A DNA stretch of 64,000 bases, taken from the human T2T-CHM13v2.0 reference genome, Homo sapiens. The position numbers were made by a program, and so were the translations under genes. Under the pieces are notes generated by a model. It was not told where the DNA came from. It ran no database searches and worked only from the letters and a program-made list of their open reading frames with translations. The stretch is taken from assembly GCF_009914755.1 (NCBI RefSeq), contig NC_060942.1, one strand, 5' to 3'. Positions 43,747 through 58,094 of this stretch are shown one piece after another (position 1 is the first letter of the stretch; each line of letters starts with the position of its first letter).

Positions 43747-44689
43747 CTTGGTTTATTCTTGAAAAGAATACCTCAGTTTGAAAATAAAACCTCAGTGAAT
43801 TGTTCCAAAGACATTGGTTCTGTACTTCTGAACTTTCTCTTGAAGTCTGGGGCTGGTACAGTAGTAAGTTCTCAGCAGACAGATTTTCAGCTGGAGAACA
43901 GAAACCATATTCTTGCTCCTCGTGGTGCATCTAGTTGCTAAACTTCCTAATTCTAGGTTTTGGAAAAGCTATGTTCAAACCAGTTTGGGAAATAAGCCAA
44001 TAATTCCAAAGGATCTTGAGCCCTCTTGGATCTCAAGAAGGCAGGAAAGAAGAAGGCAAAGGTGGAGGAGGGGAAGGGAAAAAATCAGCATGGAAAAACA
44101 ATTAGCAGGAATTCTGTTTTAGTTCCAGTTTTGTTACCTACTGGCTATGCAAATTTAAGCTTTTCGGGAGGAGGCTGGGACTAGATGGTGCTTTGACATT
44201 TAAAGGAGTTTATTTCTATTAGGAAAATTACGTAGTTTGGACTAGGTAGTATTACATTACTGAATCAATACTTGCTAACAGGACTTAACTTGCTGACTGC
44301 CATGAATTATTTAGTGAGTGAGGTCTTTACACTCATACTCAAAGTCCACACTAATGACCTAGTAATTATTTTAATCGATTTTCAATGAACTGTGAAATAC
44401 TCTGTTGGCATACCAATAAAGTAAGAAACACTGAGAGCAGATTCTGTGTCTTATATTTATATCTTTCCGCTATAATTCTGAATAGCAATCAGTGTATCCA
44501 AAAAAATAGTTCTGTGTATGTTTTATTAGAATTATCATTGAACACTTCTACTGTTTTAAGAAACCCTAATTTGGATTCATGTGAGCCGAGGAATAGATAC
44601 GATATGGAAGCATAGAATTTTGAAGCTGACAGGATTTTGGAGAATACGCAATTCAGCCCCTTATAGCAGCTTTCAAACATATAAACAAA

Positions 44690-45050
44690 GAGATTATACA
44701 ATGATATTCTTAGCAGAATTATGTGTGAGAGTCAAAAGTTAGAAACAACTTTAATGTGCATCAGTTGGAGAATGTATATATAAATTACAGCTTATTCATA
44801 TAATGAAATATTAGTTAGCAGTTAGGTAAATGACTGAGAGCTATATATATCAATGCAAATAAATCTCAAAAACCTACTGTTGAAAGAAAAAGCAAGTTGC
44901 CAAAGGGTATATACAGATAGATACCTTTCACATAAGGCTACAAATATGAAAATGGAATACATGCATGTGTTAAAAATTATAGAGACATACAGGAATGTGG
45001 TAATAAACATCAAATTTAGGATGGGGTTACCTCAGGAAGGCAAGAAAGAA
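44690..45050 (+). mobile_element. L1ME-like 3' fragment
   Basis: TAGAAACAACTTTAATGTGCATCAG...AAATCTCAAAAAC...GAAAAAGCAAGTTGC. Confidence 0.65.
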
Positions 45051-45229
45051 GGTACGAAAATGAGAGAAGAAAAGAAACCATCATGTACAGAGACTTCCAA
45101 TTTGTTCAAAGACACAAAGCAGGTTAGAAGTGAGTATCCTAGAGAATACTTTTCACTACAAACTACTAACTGGAGCATTAACTACTAATCCATTTTGGAG
45201 AGCTTCTGAGACTTATTTGTTAATATCTC

Positions 45230-46225
<996 letters not shown>

Positions 46226-46554
46226 TCTCCTTTAGACACAAAATGATAGTCACATAAAATTTAACATTGTAAGAGACTTTAAAAGGTTATCTTCTATAAT
46301 TCCTCATTCAGGTTTTGACTTTTCTTCACAACATGTCAGCTAAATGATGATCCACTGTTTTATTCAAACAAAATACTGTATTGCAAAAGGAAAAATAAAC
46401 TGCAGATAACACATTTCTGACCTCAACGAAGACATTTCAGGATATCCCTGGAGAAAATCTGCACCCCACCCCAAACCAAGCAATTTAACTTCTGAAAAAT
46501 CGAGTTAAACACCAGCTTCACTTGTCTTCCTTAGCTTAGGTGCTTAGTTTTGGG

Positions 46555-46660
46555 GTGAATTCACTCATACAGCAAAGACTTACTGAGCATCTACTATGTG
46601 CCAGGCACCATGCTCAGTCGTAGGGCACAGGAGTGAACAAGGCAATACCTTGGGGTTTGT
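46555..46660 (-). mobile_element. L2 3' end
   Basis: TTACTGAGCATCTACTATGTGCCAGGCAC. Confidence 0.75.
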
Positions 46661-47599
46661 GGTGTAAAATGAATTAAAAACAGTGAAGAAGGATTGCTCT
46701 GCGCCATCCTCTGCTTTACCCTCTACTCTAAGAGGTAAATAGAGAAAATGGGGTCCATTATGAGGCCCCTCTGAAATTCAGTAAGCCTTCTCTGAGACAG
46801 ATGAGTGCTCACCGTGGGTAGGAAAGAAGATTAAGAAAGAGTAGGAATAGTGTTAGGTCTGGGAGTAAATGGATCAAGGGACCCCAACATTTGCTGGGGC
46901 TCCCTTTATATAACTCTGCTCCTTTCTTCCTGTCTGCTTTTCTTCTTTCTCTTGCTCTAAGCCTAGAATCTTCAGCTGCTCTGGTCCACCTGGTAGAAAA
47001 CAGCTGAACAAGCTTCTGACCTTTGCATCAGACAGTCCAGGTACTCAGCCTATATTCCAAGTCTCAAAAGCCAGAATGCCCAGAAAGGGAATCACTGGCC
47101 AGGCTTGGATTAGCCTCCCATCCCCTGGACGATAAATTTACTGTGCTCATCATGTGTGGTACACTAGGAATAACAGGTCTAGCATTGGCCAGGTACCTGC
47201 CAACAGAACTAATGAAGGGTTACATTGTAATATGGCAGTTCCTGGTACCACTTCGTAGATAGCAAGTGCATCATTGTTTATATGTGCTCAAAACATGTTG
47301 GGAGAACAAACACATTCAATATATTACTAGATGTTAAACATCTATGTTGATGGGATCGACTTTGTTGCAAAGCTTGGCTGCTGCATGTTATTCAGGTTCA
47401 GAAGACTTTAAGCAATTTGACATCCATGACTCCTTCACTTCTGGGGTATCGGGCAAAAGCAGGGGACAGCACGTAAGAATACAAGAGACTCAAAAAGCTA
47501 GGGCAGAGAGTTAAGACAGAGCCCACAGAGTTGAGTTGTAATTGGCTGAGTGAATAGGGTTGCTGGGGTACATGGCAAGGTGAGGACTGAAATGTGCAT

Positions 47600-47900
47600 C
47601 TGGAAGCAGGGGCAGCTGTGGGACACTGGTGACCAAAATACAAGTTTCCTGCCCTCAGGAAGCCTCCATTTTACTGGGAGATGCAGAGCATATGTAAGCA
47701 AACAAAAGGAATTATTACAAATTGAGATCAGTGCCATGAAGTAAATTTTAAAAAACAATGAAACAGCTGCAGAGAGAGAAAACTTCCACTTTACATAGGA
47801 TGTTTGGGGAAGGTGATATTGAAGCTGTACCCTGAAGGATTCAGAAAAGTCAGCCATGGAAATGGCCAAGGAAACGTGCTCCAGGAAGAGGGAACAGCCG
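47600..47900 (-). mobile_element. L2 fragment
   Basis: CCTGCCCTCAGGAAGCCTCCATTTTACTGGGAGA...CCAGGAAGAGGGAACAGC. Confidence 0.6.
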
Positions 47901-48959
47901 TGACATGGGAATAATCACATAATGGGAAGACGAGGTGTGGCGCTGTCCAGAAGTGGGCAGCAGGAGCATGTGCTCATTTGATTAAAAAAATTGTTTGCCA
48001 CACTTACAGATATAGGAGAAAGTAATTCAAATCAGTGACTTTTTAAAGAAAAGCAATTTTATTTCCCTGAGTATATGATTGACAGTAAACATAAAGTCCT
48101 TCTATGTAAAAAATGGCTTTGTTCTAGTTCAGGTATACAGAGATAACCTGAAAGAAAATACAATTTCAAAACAGCAACATCGCAATCAGGATGAACGGCC
48201 TGGTTTTTGAAGGAAAAGAACAGACTCTCTCATCAGAGAGGCTCAGGGGAAAAGAATTATATCAGTCCAGTCTAGAAACAAAACTTTATATGCCAAAAAT
48301 ATGCTTCAATGTAGAGAGAGAAAGTGTACTTAGTTTGAAAAAAAAGCAAGATGAAGTCTCCTTAGAAACACCAGATGCACAGACCAGAATCAATTATCTG
48401 AGAAAAAGCAATAAGGTGGCTTTACTTTGCCTGAAATCAGAAGCTTGCAGCTACTACTTTTCATTTTCATACAAAGTGGGAGGGTTGAAATACAACCAGG
48501 ACTACTGATGTTTATGTGCTTAAACAAAACAAAACAAAACAAAAACTAGTACAAGTCACCATCTATTCTGGCCAACTTGCCACTGCTAGTAGCATGTAGG
48601 ATTTGAATAGAACCTCGACCTACCAAAAGGTCATATCACTGACCAAAAAAAGAGTATTTTCAGGCAAAATAAGTTCAGGACCAGGGTCCTACAGAGCATG
48701 GATTGGTGACAATGAGTTTTTAAAAGGTGGGGTTATATTTATATAATTCTCTTATAGGCACATTGCTATGTGCCTTAGCATTGCTAAGCCTTAGCAATGA
48801 TAATTCATAGCTAAATTATTGACCTTAGATGTTAATGCTGAATCCTAAATTCAGACATTGTACTTATTTGACATAAATCAGAAAAAAACTGGTAAAAGTC
48901 AGGAAAAAAAATCTAACTAGAAGTATACAAGAAAAATGTAAAAAGTTTCTGAGTTCTGG

Positions 48960-49250
48960 GGAGATAGTCAGAAAACAAAAAATTTCAGTTAGACAGAGAC
49001 AATTACATCAAGACATCTATGGTACACTATGCTGGCTATAGTTAATAACAATATATTATACTGTATATTTTCAAATTGCTAAGAGAGGAGATTTTAAGTG
49101 TTTTTTACCACAAAAAAATTAGTATGTGAGAGTATGCATATGTTAAGTGGCTTGATTTGACTGTTCTGCAAGGTGTACATGTATTAAGACATCATGTTGT
49201 GTACCATAAGTGTATACAATTTTTCCTTGTCAATTAAAAAAATTTAAAAA
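48960..49250 (+). mobile_element. L1MA 3' end
   Basis: CTATAGTTAATAACAATATATT...AAATTGCTAAGAGAG...TGTCAATTAAAAAA. Confidence 0.85.
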
Positions 49251-49645
49251 TAACACAAAACAAGGGACAAAAAAGTGCTTTAAAAGGAAGGGAAGCAGTA
49301 GTGAACCGTTTCATATTGGGAACAAATACTTGTTTGGGAAGAGTATATTTTTCTGTCTGATTCCTTGGCTGGGTCAGCTGATCCATACTGCAGTAATATT
49401 TTCTGGGTTTAGAAATAATTTCACTTTGTTGGTCTCACTTTATTGTTCAACTTTTTATAACTTGAAGCCTGTCTTGGTGAAAATGGAGACCTCAGACATA
49501 ATGTTATTTACAGTCTTTCTCCTCTTCTGTCAGCTTAATAAGAGTATTACAGTGACCACTCTTTCTTCTTCTAGTGCATGCCTTGTAGATGAGTGAGAGG
49601 TAAGAGGAAGTGCCAATAAATCAGCCAAAGTCAGTACCTCTGGGT

Positions 49646-50208
49646 CAGTGGTTCATAACCTTGACTGAATATTAAAATCACCTGGGGAGATTTTAAAAAT
49701 CCCCGTATCGGGGCCGCACTCCCAGCCTGGCAAATTAGCATCTCTGGGGAGGAGGCCAGGAACCAAAATCAACATGTCAGGGTGTGGACCAAGGCACGTG
49801 TTCCTTAAAACGTCTGGTCTTTCTCAAGCAGCTGGTGAGAACCACTGATCTAACTGCTTTTCTCACTTCACCATGTGCAGCAACCACCTGAGAGTTTTAT
49901 TAAAATGCAGATTCCCATGCAGCAGACCTGTGTGGGTGCTGAGGGTCTGCAATTCTAACAAGTCTCACGTGACGCTGTTGCTTCTGCTGCTTTCCACATT
50001 TTGGGTACAGAGACTCTGGATCAGGGGTTCTCAAAATATAATCCCTGGATCTGCAGCATCAGGGTCCACAGAAATCTTGTTGGAAATGCAAATTCTTGGG
50101 CCTCATCCCAGATCTAGTAAATCAGTAACTCTGGGGGTGGAACCCAACAGTCTGTTTTAACCAAACCTTAAGGGGATGCTGATGTACATTGAAGTTTGAG
50201 AACAACTA
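49646..50208. mobile_element. Three adjacent MER5A/B-type MITEs
   Basis: CAGTGGTTC...GAGAACCACTG (49646-49848), a middle copy (about 49855-50015), CAGGGGTTCTCAAA...TTTGAGAACAACT (50022-50208). Confidence 0.8.
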
Positions 50209-50554
50209 TTGGATTGGATAATATTTTTGAGTTTACTTGAGTGTTAGGCTTTTGAGGGGCAAGAAAGGGAGATACCATAGTTTATCCAGAGCAATGGAGA
50301 AGGCTTACTTGTGGAAATGAGATCAGGCTTCACAGGAACCCAGGAAAGGTTGCACAACCAGGAAACACGTGATGACCTACTGTGGCACAGCGAGGCATCC
50401 CAGGAATGTGGTGTGGTCTGGAAGCACGGAGTGTCATTCTGCACCTGGAGTGACTGCCCAGGCTGCCCACTGCCTGGCCAGTGCACTGTGTCTTTCTCTA
50501 GTGCCTTCTCTTAGCATGACTCTACAATGCTCACCATCTCTGCACACTGCAGGG

Positions 50555-50745
50555 TGGCTTAGTTGGAGTCCTAGAATGAGGCGGCTTGAATCAGACTTCT
50601 GGTTTCTTATTTGCTTAGCCTCAGTTTTCTTGTCTTGAAAAATGGGAATACTAATGGTACCTATCTCAGACTTGTTGTGGGATTAAATGAGATAGTGGGT
50701 GTGATGTGTTTAGAGCATTGCCTGGGACCCAATAACTGCTAAACT
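50555..50745 (+). mobile_element. MIR
   Basis: GCCTCAGTTTTCTTGTCTTGAAAAATGGGAATACTAATGGTACCTATCTCA...GATTAAATGAGATA. Confidence 0.8.
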
Positions 50746-51354
50746 ATAACGCTTCCATTCTTGTCTACAAAAAGCTTTTTTAATACAGTTTTTAAAGAAG
50801 TTTCTGAGTTTTAAGTAAACATGTAAAATTGTTATAAATAAATAGCTAAAAAAGTATTGGTCCTAGATAGAAATGCTTAGAAGTTATTTGGACAGATTGT
50901 TGTAATGTAGGCTACATTGAGGAAATGGTTTCAGTTTGGAATGGCTCAAACTAAACTTGACTCTGGAAAATCTCAGGAAAATATATAATGTAAACTATTA
51001 GATGCAATCTGTATTGATTTTTACTGCTTTGTATGTTTTAAAATATGTGCATATAACTCTTCATTACTTGATAGAAAATGTTGTTACATATGAGTATTTC
51101 TAACACAAGTTATGAGCTCTCTGTCCATACAGAGTTCATAAAATAGGAAAGGATACAGACAATTAATAAGTCAACAAATAATTAAGGAGTCAATTGCTGA
51201 TTGTGATAATTTTTCTGAAGAAAATGAATAAGAAGGAGAGATTGATTTATACATATAATGAATATATAATTTATTATTTATTAATTATATTGACTCATAA
51301 TTGATTATATTGATTTATATGCATAATTATATAATCTGTATATATTGATTTATT

Positions 51355-51360
<6 letters not shown>

Positions 51361-51408
<48 letters not shown>

Positions 51409-51424
51409 GAGAGAGAGAGAGAGA
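51361..51424. repeat. Compound microsatellite (TG)22 TATA (GA)8, preceded by an AT-rich tract
   Basis: Direct reading. Confidence 0.95.
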
Positions 51425-52679
51425 AAGAGGCACTGATTGACTGTGGGGGTGATCAAAGAAGGTGACATATGAGCCAAGCCCTGACAGGTGAGAGGACAGA
51501 AGGGATCCCAGGCTCCTGAAACTGAGCACATCCAGTCAGCAAAGGGCTTGGTTTAGCAGAGGAAGAGAGGCAGCTCCAGAAGCATGGTGAGTGAATGGAG
51601 AATGAGGCTGAGGAGGCAGGCAGTGGCTACAGCTCACACAGCTGTGGGCTCTGGGGAGAAGGTTTTGTTAAAGGAAATGAAATATGATTGAAAAATTTTA
51701 AACATGGGAGTGATATAATCCAATTTGTATTTTTAAAAAACGGGTGGATTCAAGAGGATCTTTGAATTCTTATCTAAAGCTGAGATGGTGACTCTGTCGT
51801 TAGAGGGTCTCAAAGCTGTCTTACGGCACATACGAAACAGTTATACACCATGACTTTTGGTATGAGTTCCATATAGCAGTAAGATTCTAACTAGACAAAT
51901 AGTGCCACTTATAAACTTAAACAGTAGCTGGGGGAAAAAATAAACAACAAGCCATTCTTGTGATTTATCCTAACCAGCCCTCATCACTGCTGCATCATAC
52001 GCATAGCTCCCTGCTCTCCTCTGGTCCTCTGGGTCCTCTGCACGCTTTCACCTGCCCAGCCTCCACTCCCCTCCTTCTAGCACTTCTATCTGGTCAGCAA
52101 TTCTATCCCTGACAACTGACTGTGCTGCTTCTCCTGCCTGCAACTCATTAGTTTGTCCCATAATGGAGGGCCTGTCTCTTTTCTGTCACAAAGGACTCCT
52201 CCTTTTGTCCCAATGGCTTGGCCTGGACTCAGGACCATTTTCTCCCTTACAATTCATTTGACTGCACTCTCCTTGAGAAAAAGGATTATATCTGGCTCAC
52301 TATTACATGCCTGTATTCACCATGGTGCTCAGCACATCCAATTGTTAAGTCTTCAAGAAATACTGCTGGATGAGTGATTCCTCTGCCCATGGAGGCAGCT
52401 TGTATGGACACGAGATACCCCTGGACAATGACCTCTCTCTATGCACTCAATCCTATCCTTCTCCTGCCAGCTTCTACATTAGGAACCAGAATGGCTCTGT
52501 GCCAATTAGCTTCTCCCAACTAATTTAACCAAAGTTGGATCTAAGCCTTCATTTTTTTTTTAAACCTTACTCAGTCAAGGCACAAGCTTGGGCACAATTG
52601 AATTTTCCTGAATTGTGGCTGAGTTTTAATTGTGGCAACTCAGAAAAAGCAAGTTTTCAGATGTTCTGCGTCATTTCCA

Positions 52680-52930
52680 GGATAATAATAACAGCTCACG
52701 TTCATTGTGCATTACTGTTTGCCAGGCACCATGCTGAGTGCTTTGCAAGCATTGTCTCCTTTAATCTTCACTGCAACCCTCTGTGAAAAATATGACTATC
52801 CTCATTTTACAGATAAGGAAACTGAGGCTTAGAGAGGCAAAGAAATTTGCCCAGGGTTACAAAGCTAACAAACAGGAGATCTGAGATTTTTCAAGATCCT
52901 TCTGAATGAAAAACTTGTACCTGTAACAAC
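52680..52930 (-). mobile_element. MIR
   Basis: CTCATTTTACAGATAAGGAAACTGAGGCTTAGAGAG...TTGCCCAGGGTTACA. Confidence 0.88.
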
Positions 52931-53532
52931 TACGAAAAAAAAAACTAAAATAAAATTTGTGATAACATATCAACATACTGCAAATTAGCACTAGGAAATG
53001 GATAAATTAATGGATAGTGATATTGAAAAAGTAGATGGTATTATGGAACTCTATTGCATAATTGGATAGATTTTAATTTCTCTGTCATACAGCTTCTCTT
53101 TACTTCCAAAAAAATCTGTTTTCATAATCCTTTACCAGTATATCAGAGCATATTTCAGATTTTTTGGATTCTAAAGTATTTTATTTTAATACGAAAAACC
53201 CAAGAAAACCAGGGAGGCTTAGAAAATAGTCCATATCTTAGATTTGAAAAGCCTCAAATAAAAGACACGAAGAAAACCTAAGAATTCTCATATATAACTG
53301 AAATATATGTGTGATCAAAGCCATTTAGATTTTAAAACCAGCATTACTTATAGAAAGTCTCAGGAACCAAACCAGCTCATCTTTCAAAGTTTCTTTGAGT
53401 GACAGTTCTAAAGTGTCCAAAAGACAGATTTTCCATTTTTTTAAACTTAACATCAAAGCACATATTCATATATTTATTTATTTAAAAAGAGATTGCCTTT
53501 AAAAATGCCTAATGCTCCTGATGTTATTTGAA

Positions 53533-53565
<33 letters not shown>

Positions 53566-54224
53566 AAAAATAAATGTCTGCCTACCTAGAAAACTGCAGA
53601 ATTTCAACTCACAGCACTAACCTAGTATAAGGCAGAACTTCAGATGGAAGTCTTCTTAAAGAATATTACAGTTTTTCGTCAGAGAAATAGTTATCTACAG
53701 GACTCTTGACTTTTACATTTATGCTTTTTGTCATGAGTAGTTTATGAAATATTACATAATTCATTTAAAATATATCAAGAATCAGGGAAAGCACTTCTAT
53801 CAAAATTACAAATAAAATTTAAGAGAATAAATGGTAAGTGTTTTACCAGTCTTAACCAAGGAAAATAATTTTCCAACACTTGGGAAAATTATGAACTCAA
53901 GTTAAGATTTAATCTTGTAGAAGAAGTTACACATCTGTATGTCATTTAATTTACCAATTTCAGTGATTTTAAAACATCTGTACTGATACTACTGCATTTA
54001 TAATTATATGCCTACATAATCCAGTGTTTTGGTTAGGAGACTCTTTCAGGGATTCCGACAATTAGGAAAACCTAGGTATGGGTTACACTTCAAAAACCTG
54101 TAGCTTTATAGCTACAGGTTAAGTCATTTAAACTTTCTGAGTCTCCCTTGCTTCATCTGTGCTATAGAGAAATAATAATATTCACCTTTTTCCTTCATGG
54201 AAGTGATACATTGAGCAGAGGCGT

Positions 54225-54440
54225 GGACCTCGTAGCAGTACAACCTGGGTTCAAATCCAGGCTTTCCCCTCTGCAACAAGGCCATGCAAAGCCTTGGATA
54301 CGCCCCTTATCCCTCTGGAGTCTCATTTTCCTCATCTGTAAATTTAGAATAATACTCACCTAGTAAGATATGAGGATTACAGAAAATTTATGTAAACATT
54401 TGGCACTTATTAAGCTCTCCATAAATGGTAGCTATTAATG
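54225..54440 (+). mobile_element. MIR
   Basis: CCTGGGTTCAAATCC...TTTCCTCATCTGTAAA. Confidence 0.8.
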
Positions 54441-55028
54441 CTTATGGACACATTTGGTAAACTACATTTTATATGTATGGTATTATTAACCTGTTTCCTT
54501 AGATATATAATTTCTTAGTGACAGACTAAACACATTTCTGCAAAAAAGTAGTCTATACATATGAATATATTTTCCCTTAAGTATTAAAATCTTGCTGTGA
54601 TAGTCTTTTTGTGAAATTTGTTATGAGACCATGATATGAGCAAAACTCAAAATAATGAGATCTTTTTCTTTCTTCTTCCTTTGCTGTATTTCAGTCTATA
54701 GTCTTCAGTGAATTTTCAATCCATTCATTCATTCATTCATTCATTCAACAAAAACTTACTGAAGGCTTACTATGTTACAGGATCTATGCTAAGGGTTATA
54801 TTTCAGGAGGAATTAGCCTATATATTTTACTACAGGTGGTTTCATTAAATATGATGTTATTATGATAAATTATTTCAGTAGTATAGAAAAGTTAGCATAA
54901 TAGTTTATGTAAACTGTAAAGGGAATTAAGAATATATTTTGACAATATGTTACATATTCTTTAGAAAATCATTATATGCAACCTCTTTTCACAAAGTTAC
55001 TATATAAATTAAATACATCAAAAGTGTT

Positions 55029-55666
<638 letters not shown>

Positions 55667-56077
55667 GTAGGAGGATAAACCAAAGAAAGGAATTTAAAAA
55701 TGGAAACAATTTTAAAAATAATCATAGTTGTAACTCAGTATTAAATTGTCTTTTGGAGAAGATTCTTAAGGGTTTTATATCTAGAATAACTTAAAAAAAA
55801 AAAAAAAAAAGAAAATGGGCCACAACTGGAGACAATCAAAAAATCATTCTTCTGCTTTTACTTTATTATCCTTAACAGTCATAAGCCATAGTCTATTTCT
55901 ACCAATGGAAACCATCAGAACTTCACAAGATCTGTATGTATACATTTCTATGATATTCTAAGTTTTTTACTTTAATAATACTATATCATTATAAATATAA
56001 TCATTTTTAACAGTAAGTGAGTGCCTCCAATGGGCAGCAATTGCAAATTGAAAGACAAAAGTACAAGATGAGCACAG

Positions 56078-56300
56078 CAGGGATCAGTAAACTATTGCCT
56101 GTGGACCAAATCTGGCCCACCAGCTGTTTTTGTAAATAAAGTTTTATTGGAACACAGCCTGTTCCATTTGTTTACATGTAATCTATGGCTGCTTCTTGAT
56201 ATATTAGCAGAATTGAGTAGTTGTGGTAGAGATGGTATGGCCTGCAAAGAGTAAAACATTTATGATCTAGTCCTTTATAGAAAAGATTTGCCAACCCCTC
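56078..56300. mobile_element. MER58A (hAT-Charlie)
   Basis: CAGGGATCAGTAAACT...GTAAATAAAGTTTTATTGGAACACAGCC...TTGCCAACCCCT. Confidence 0.9.
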
Positions 56301-56738
56301 CTTTATAATAAAGGTATTAAATGATATTTATACCAATTTTGAGTATCAATATAAATTAAGACAGAATTAAAGGAGAGGCTGCTGTACATTCAGGGCCTTT
56401 TAGGCTTATGCCTGATGCTCCATGGACAGATAAGAAGTAGGATAAATGCTATACTTTTGGAGACAAATTCTCTACAAGCAGTTCTTGCTGGACTGTGGGA
56501 GCACTGCTATTCCCCCACTGAGATAACAAAAATTTCCATTGTTAAGCCACCAAACAAATGCCTACCAGAGTTGTATAATTTTCCTTCCTTTTAGGAGCTG
56601 GGAATTTTATCTTATGACTCATTTTTTGTTGTTGAAAATATTGTGATTCTCAATATATTAATAAGCATCACAACTAATTTAATTTAAAAATAGCTATTAT
56701 TGTTACAATTAAAATAGAAGAAAAAGCACATGTGTTAC

Positions 56739-56859
56739 CTGTATGTTGTTCTTCAATCCAGACTTGCAAATACATGAAGAGGAGTAGCCCAGCTACTCCA
56801 AATATCAGCACAGAGAGGAAGACTTGTTTGGGGTTCATGACCATTTCAGATGGCTGCAT
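56739..56859 (-). CDS. CHST9: Carbohydrate sulfotransferase 9 (GalNAc-4-O-sulfotransferase 2), first coding exon, codons 1-40 plus 1 nt
   Basis: [40 protein letters not shown](G) recognised as the CHST9 N-terminus with a type II TM anchor; donor ACAG|GTAACA at 56739/56738 (phase 1). Confidence 0.95.
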
Positions 56860-56890
56860 TTCTCCTTATTTCAGAATCTGAAGACCACAT
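56846..56890 (-). other. Overlapping out-of-frame uORF2 ([14 protein letters not shown])
   Basis: ATG 31 nt upstream of the main ATG; TGA at 56848-56846 inside the CDS. Confidence 0.7.
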
Positions 56891-56955
56891 GATTTGTTTT
56901 CCCGTAAAACTTCAGTCTTTTCTTGTTCTCTAAGAGCCCAATTCCATAAAGTAAC
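56860..56955 (-). other. CHST9: 5'UTR portion of the CHST9 start-codon exon
   Basis: Acceptor TTTCTTTTTAAAATTCTAG|GTTAC at 56956/56955; 96 nt before the ATG. Confidence 0.85.
56930..56947 (-). other. uORF1 (MELGS*)
   Basis: ATG GAA TTG GGC TCT TAG in the 5'UTR exon. Confidence 0.7.
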
Positions 56956-57788
56956 CTAGAATTTTAAAAAGAAATCTACATTGTACATTTCTGCTAATAT
57001 TAATTCTCAAATACGGCATAAATATTCACTATCTCAACAAGGCTGAAGACTTAATGTGCACACTAATGCTCTGAAGACAGAAAAGACTGTAGTAGGTGTT
57101 CCTAGAATGGCAATTTTCTATTGCATACTTTTATCTTATCTAAGGAATGTATTATCCTACAGTTAATAAGTAACATCCTAACATTTAGTTAGGCAAAGTC
57201 TGGCCAGACTTAAGTCCTCCTGTATTGTAAAGTGTAAAGTAAGGTTTGGGATACCTTAAAATAATTGCAAGTAGGAAGAATAACAGAATGGGTTGTTAAA
57301 GGACGGGTTTTGAAAAACATGCTTGTAGAATGTAAGGAAAAATCACCTCCTGTCTTAAGAATATATAAAGTTCAAAAATTGAAGGTGTAATATCATTTTT
57401 CTCTCATATAAAGTAACAGATTTCTCCAATTTAAAGAGCACATTTAAAATCCTTCAGAGGCATAAAAAGATAAATAATAAAAGGTCAGGGTTCAAGGACC
57501 CCTCCCACAATAACATGAAATTACTGAAATCTACCTCAGATTACAGAAATCTACCTCAGTAATAAAGAGCTATTTTATTTTTTTAAAAATACTGAACAGA
57601 TTTTCTTTTAGAACAATCTCGTTTAATATAACCTTAACCTTTTATTTTTTTTAAAAAAATTGCATCCTTTTTTGAGAATCTGATGAAAATGTGAGCCCTC
57701 TCTTTAGAAAAGATTTACAAAATCTTACATAAAATGCCAAAGTGTTCATGTACCTTCACTGAAACCCACATTAAGAATCCCTGTTCCC

Positions 57789-58046
57789 CAGTGAGAACAC
57801 GTGGATGCAGGGAGGGGAACATCACACACCAGGGCCTCTTGGGGGATGGGGGGCAAGGGGAGGGAGAGCATTAGGACAAATACCTAATGTATGCGGAGCT
57901 TAAATCCTAGATGACGGGTTGATAGGTGCAGCAAACCACCATGGCACATGTATACCTATGTAACAAACCTGCACGTTCTGCACGTGTATCCCAGAACTTA
58001 AAGTAAAATAAAATAAAAATAAAAATAGAAAAAACAAACAAACAAA
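57789..58046 (+). mobile_element. 5'-truncated L1PA (approx. L1PA8) 3'UTR
   Basis: Perfect 16-bp TSD AAGAATCCCTGTTCCC (57773-57788 / 58047-58062) and A-tail. Confidence 0.95.
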
Positions 58047-58094
58047 AAGAATCCCTGTTCCCAATGAACTGCCACACAAGTATGCAGTAAGCCG

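Noticed and set aside
43369-43941. 190-aa ORF (and the 180-aa ORF at 61004-61546)
   Set aside because: Antisense Alu translations with non-ATG starts
56674-56738. ORF continuation [20 protein letters not shown] after CHST9 codon 41
   Set aside because: Lies beyond the GT donor; intronic read-through with no evidence of retention
57841-57864. G-quadruplex motif
   Set aside because: Standard G-rich tract of the L1PA 3'UTR
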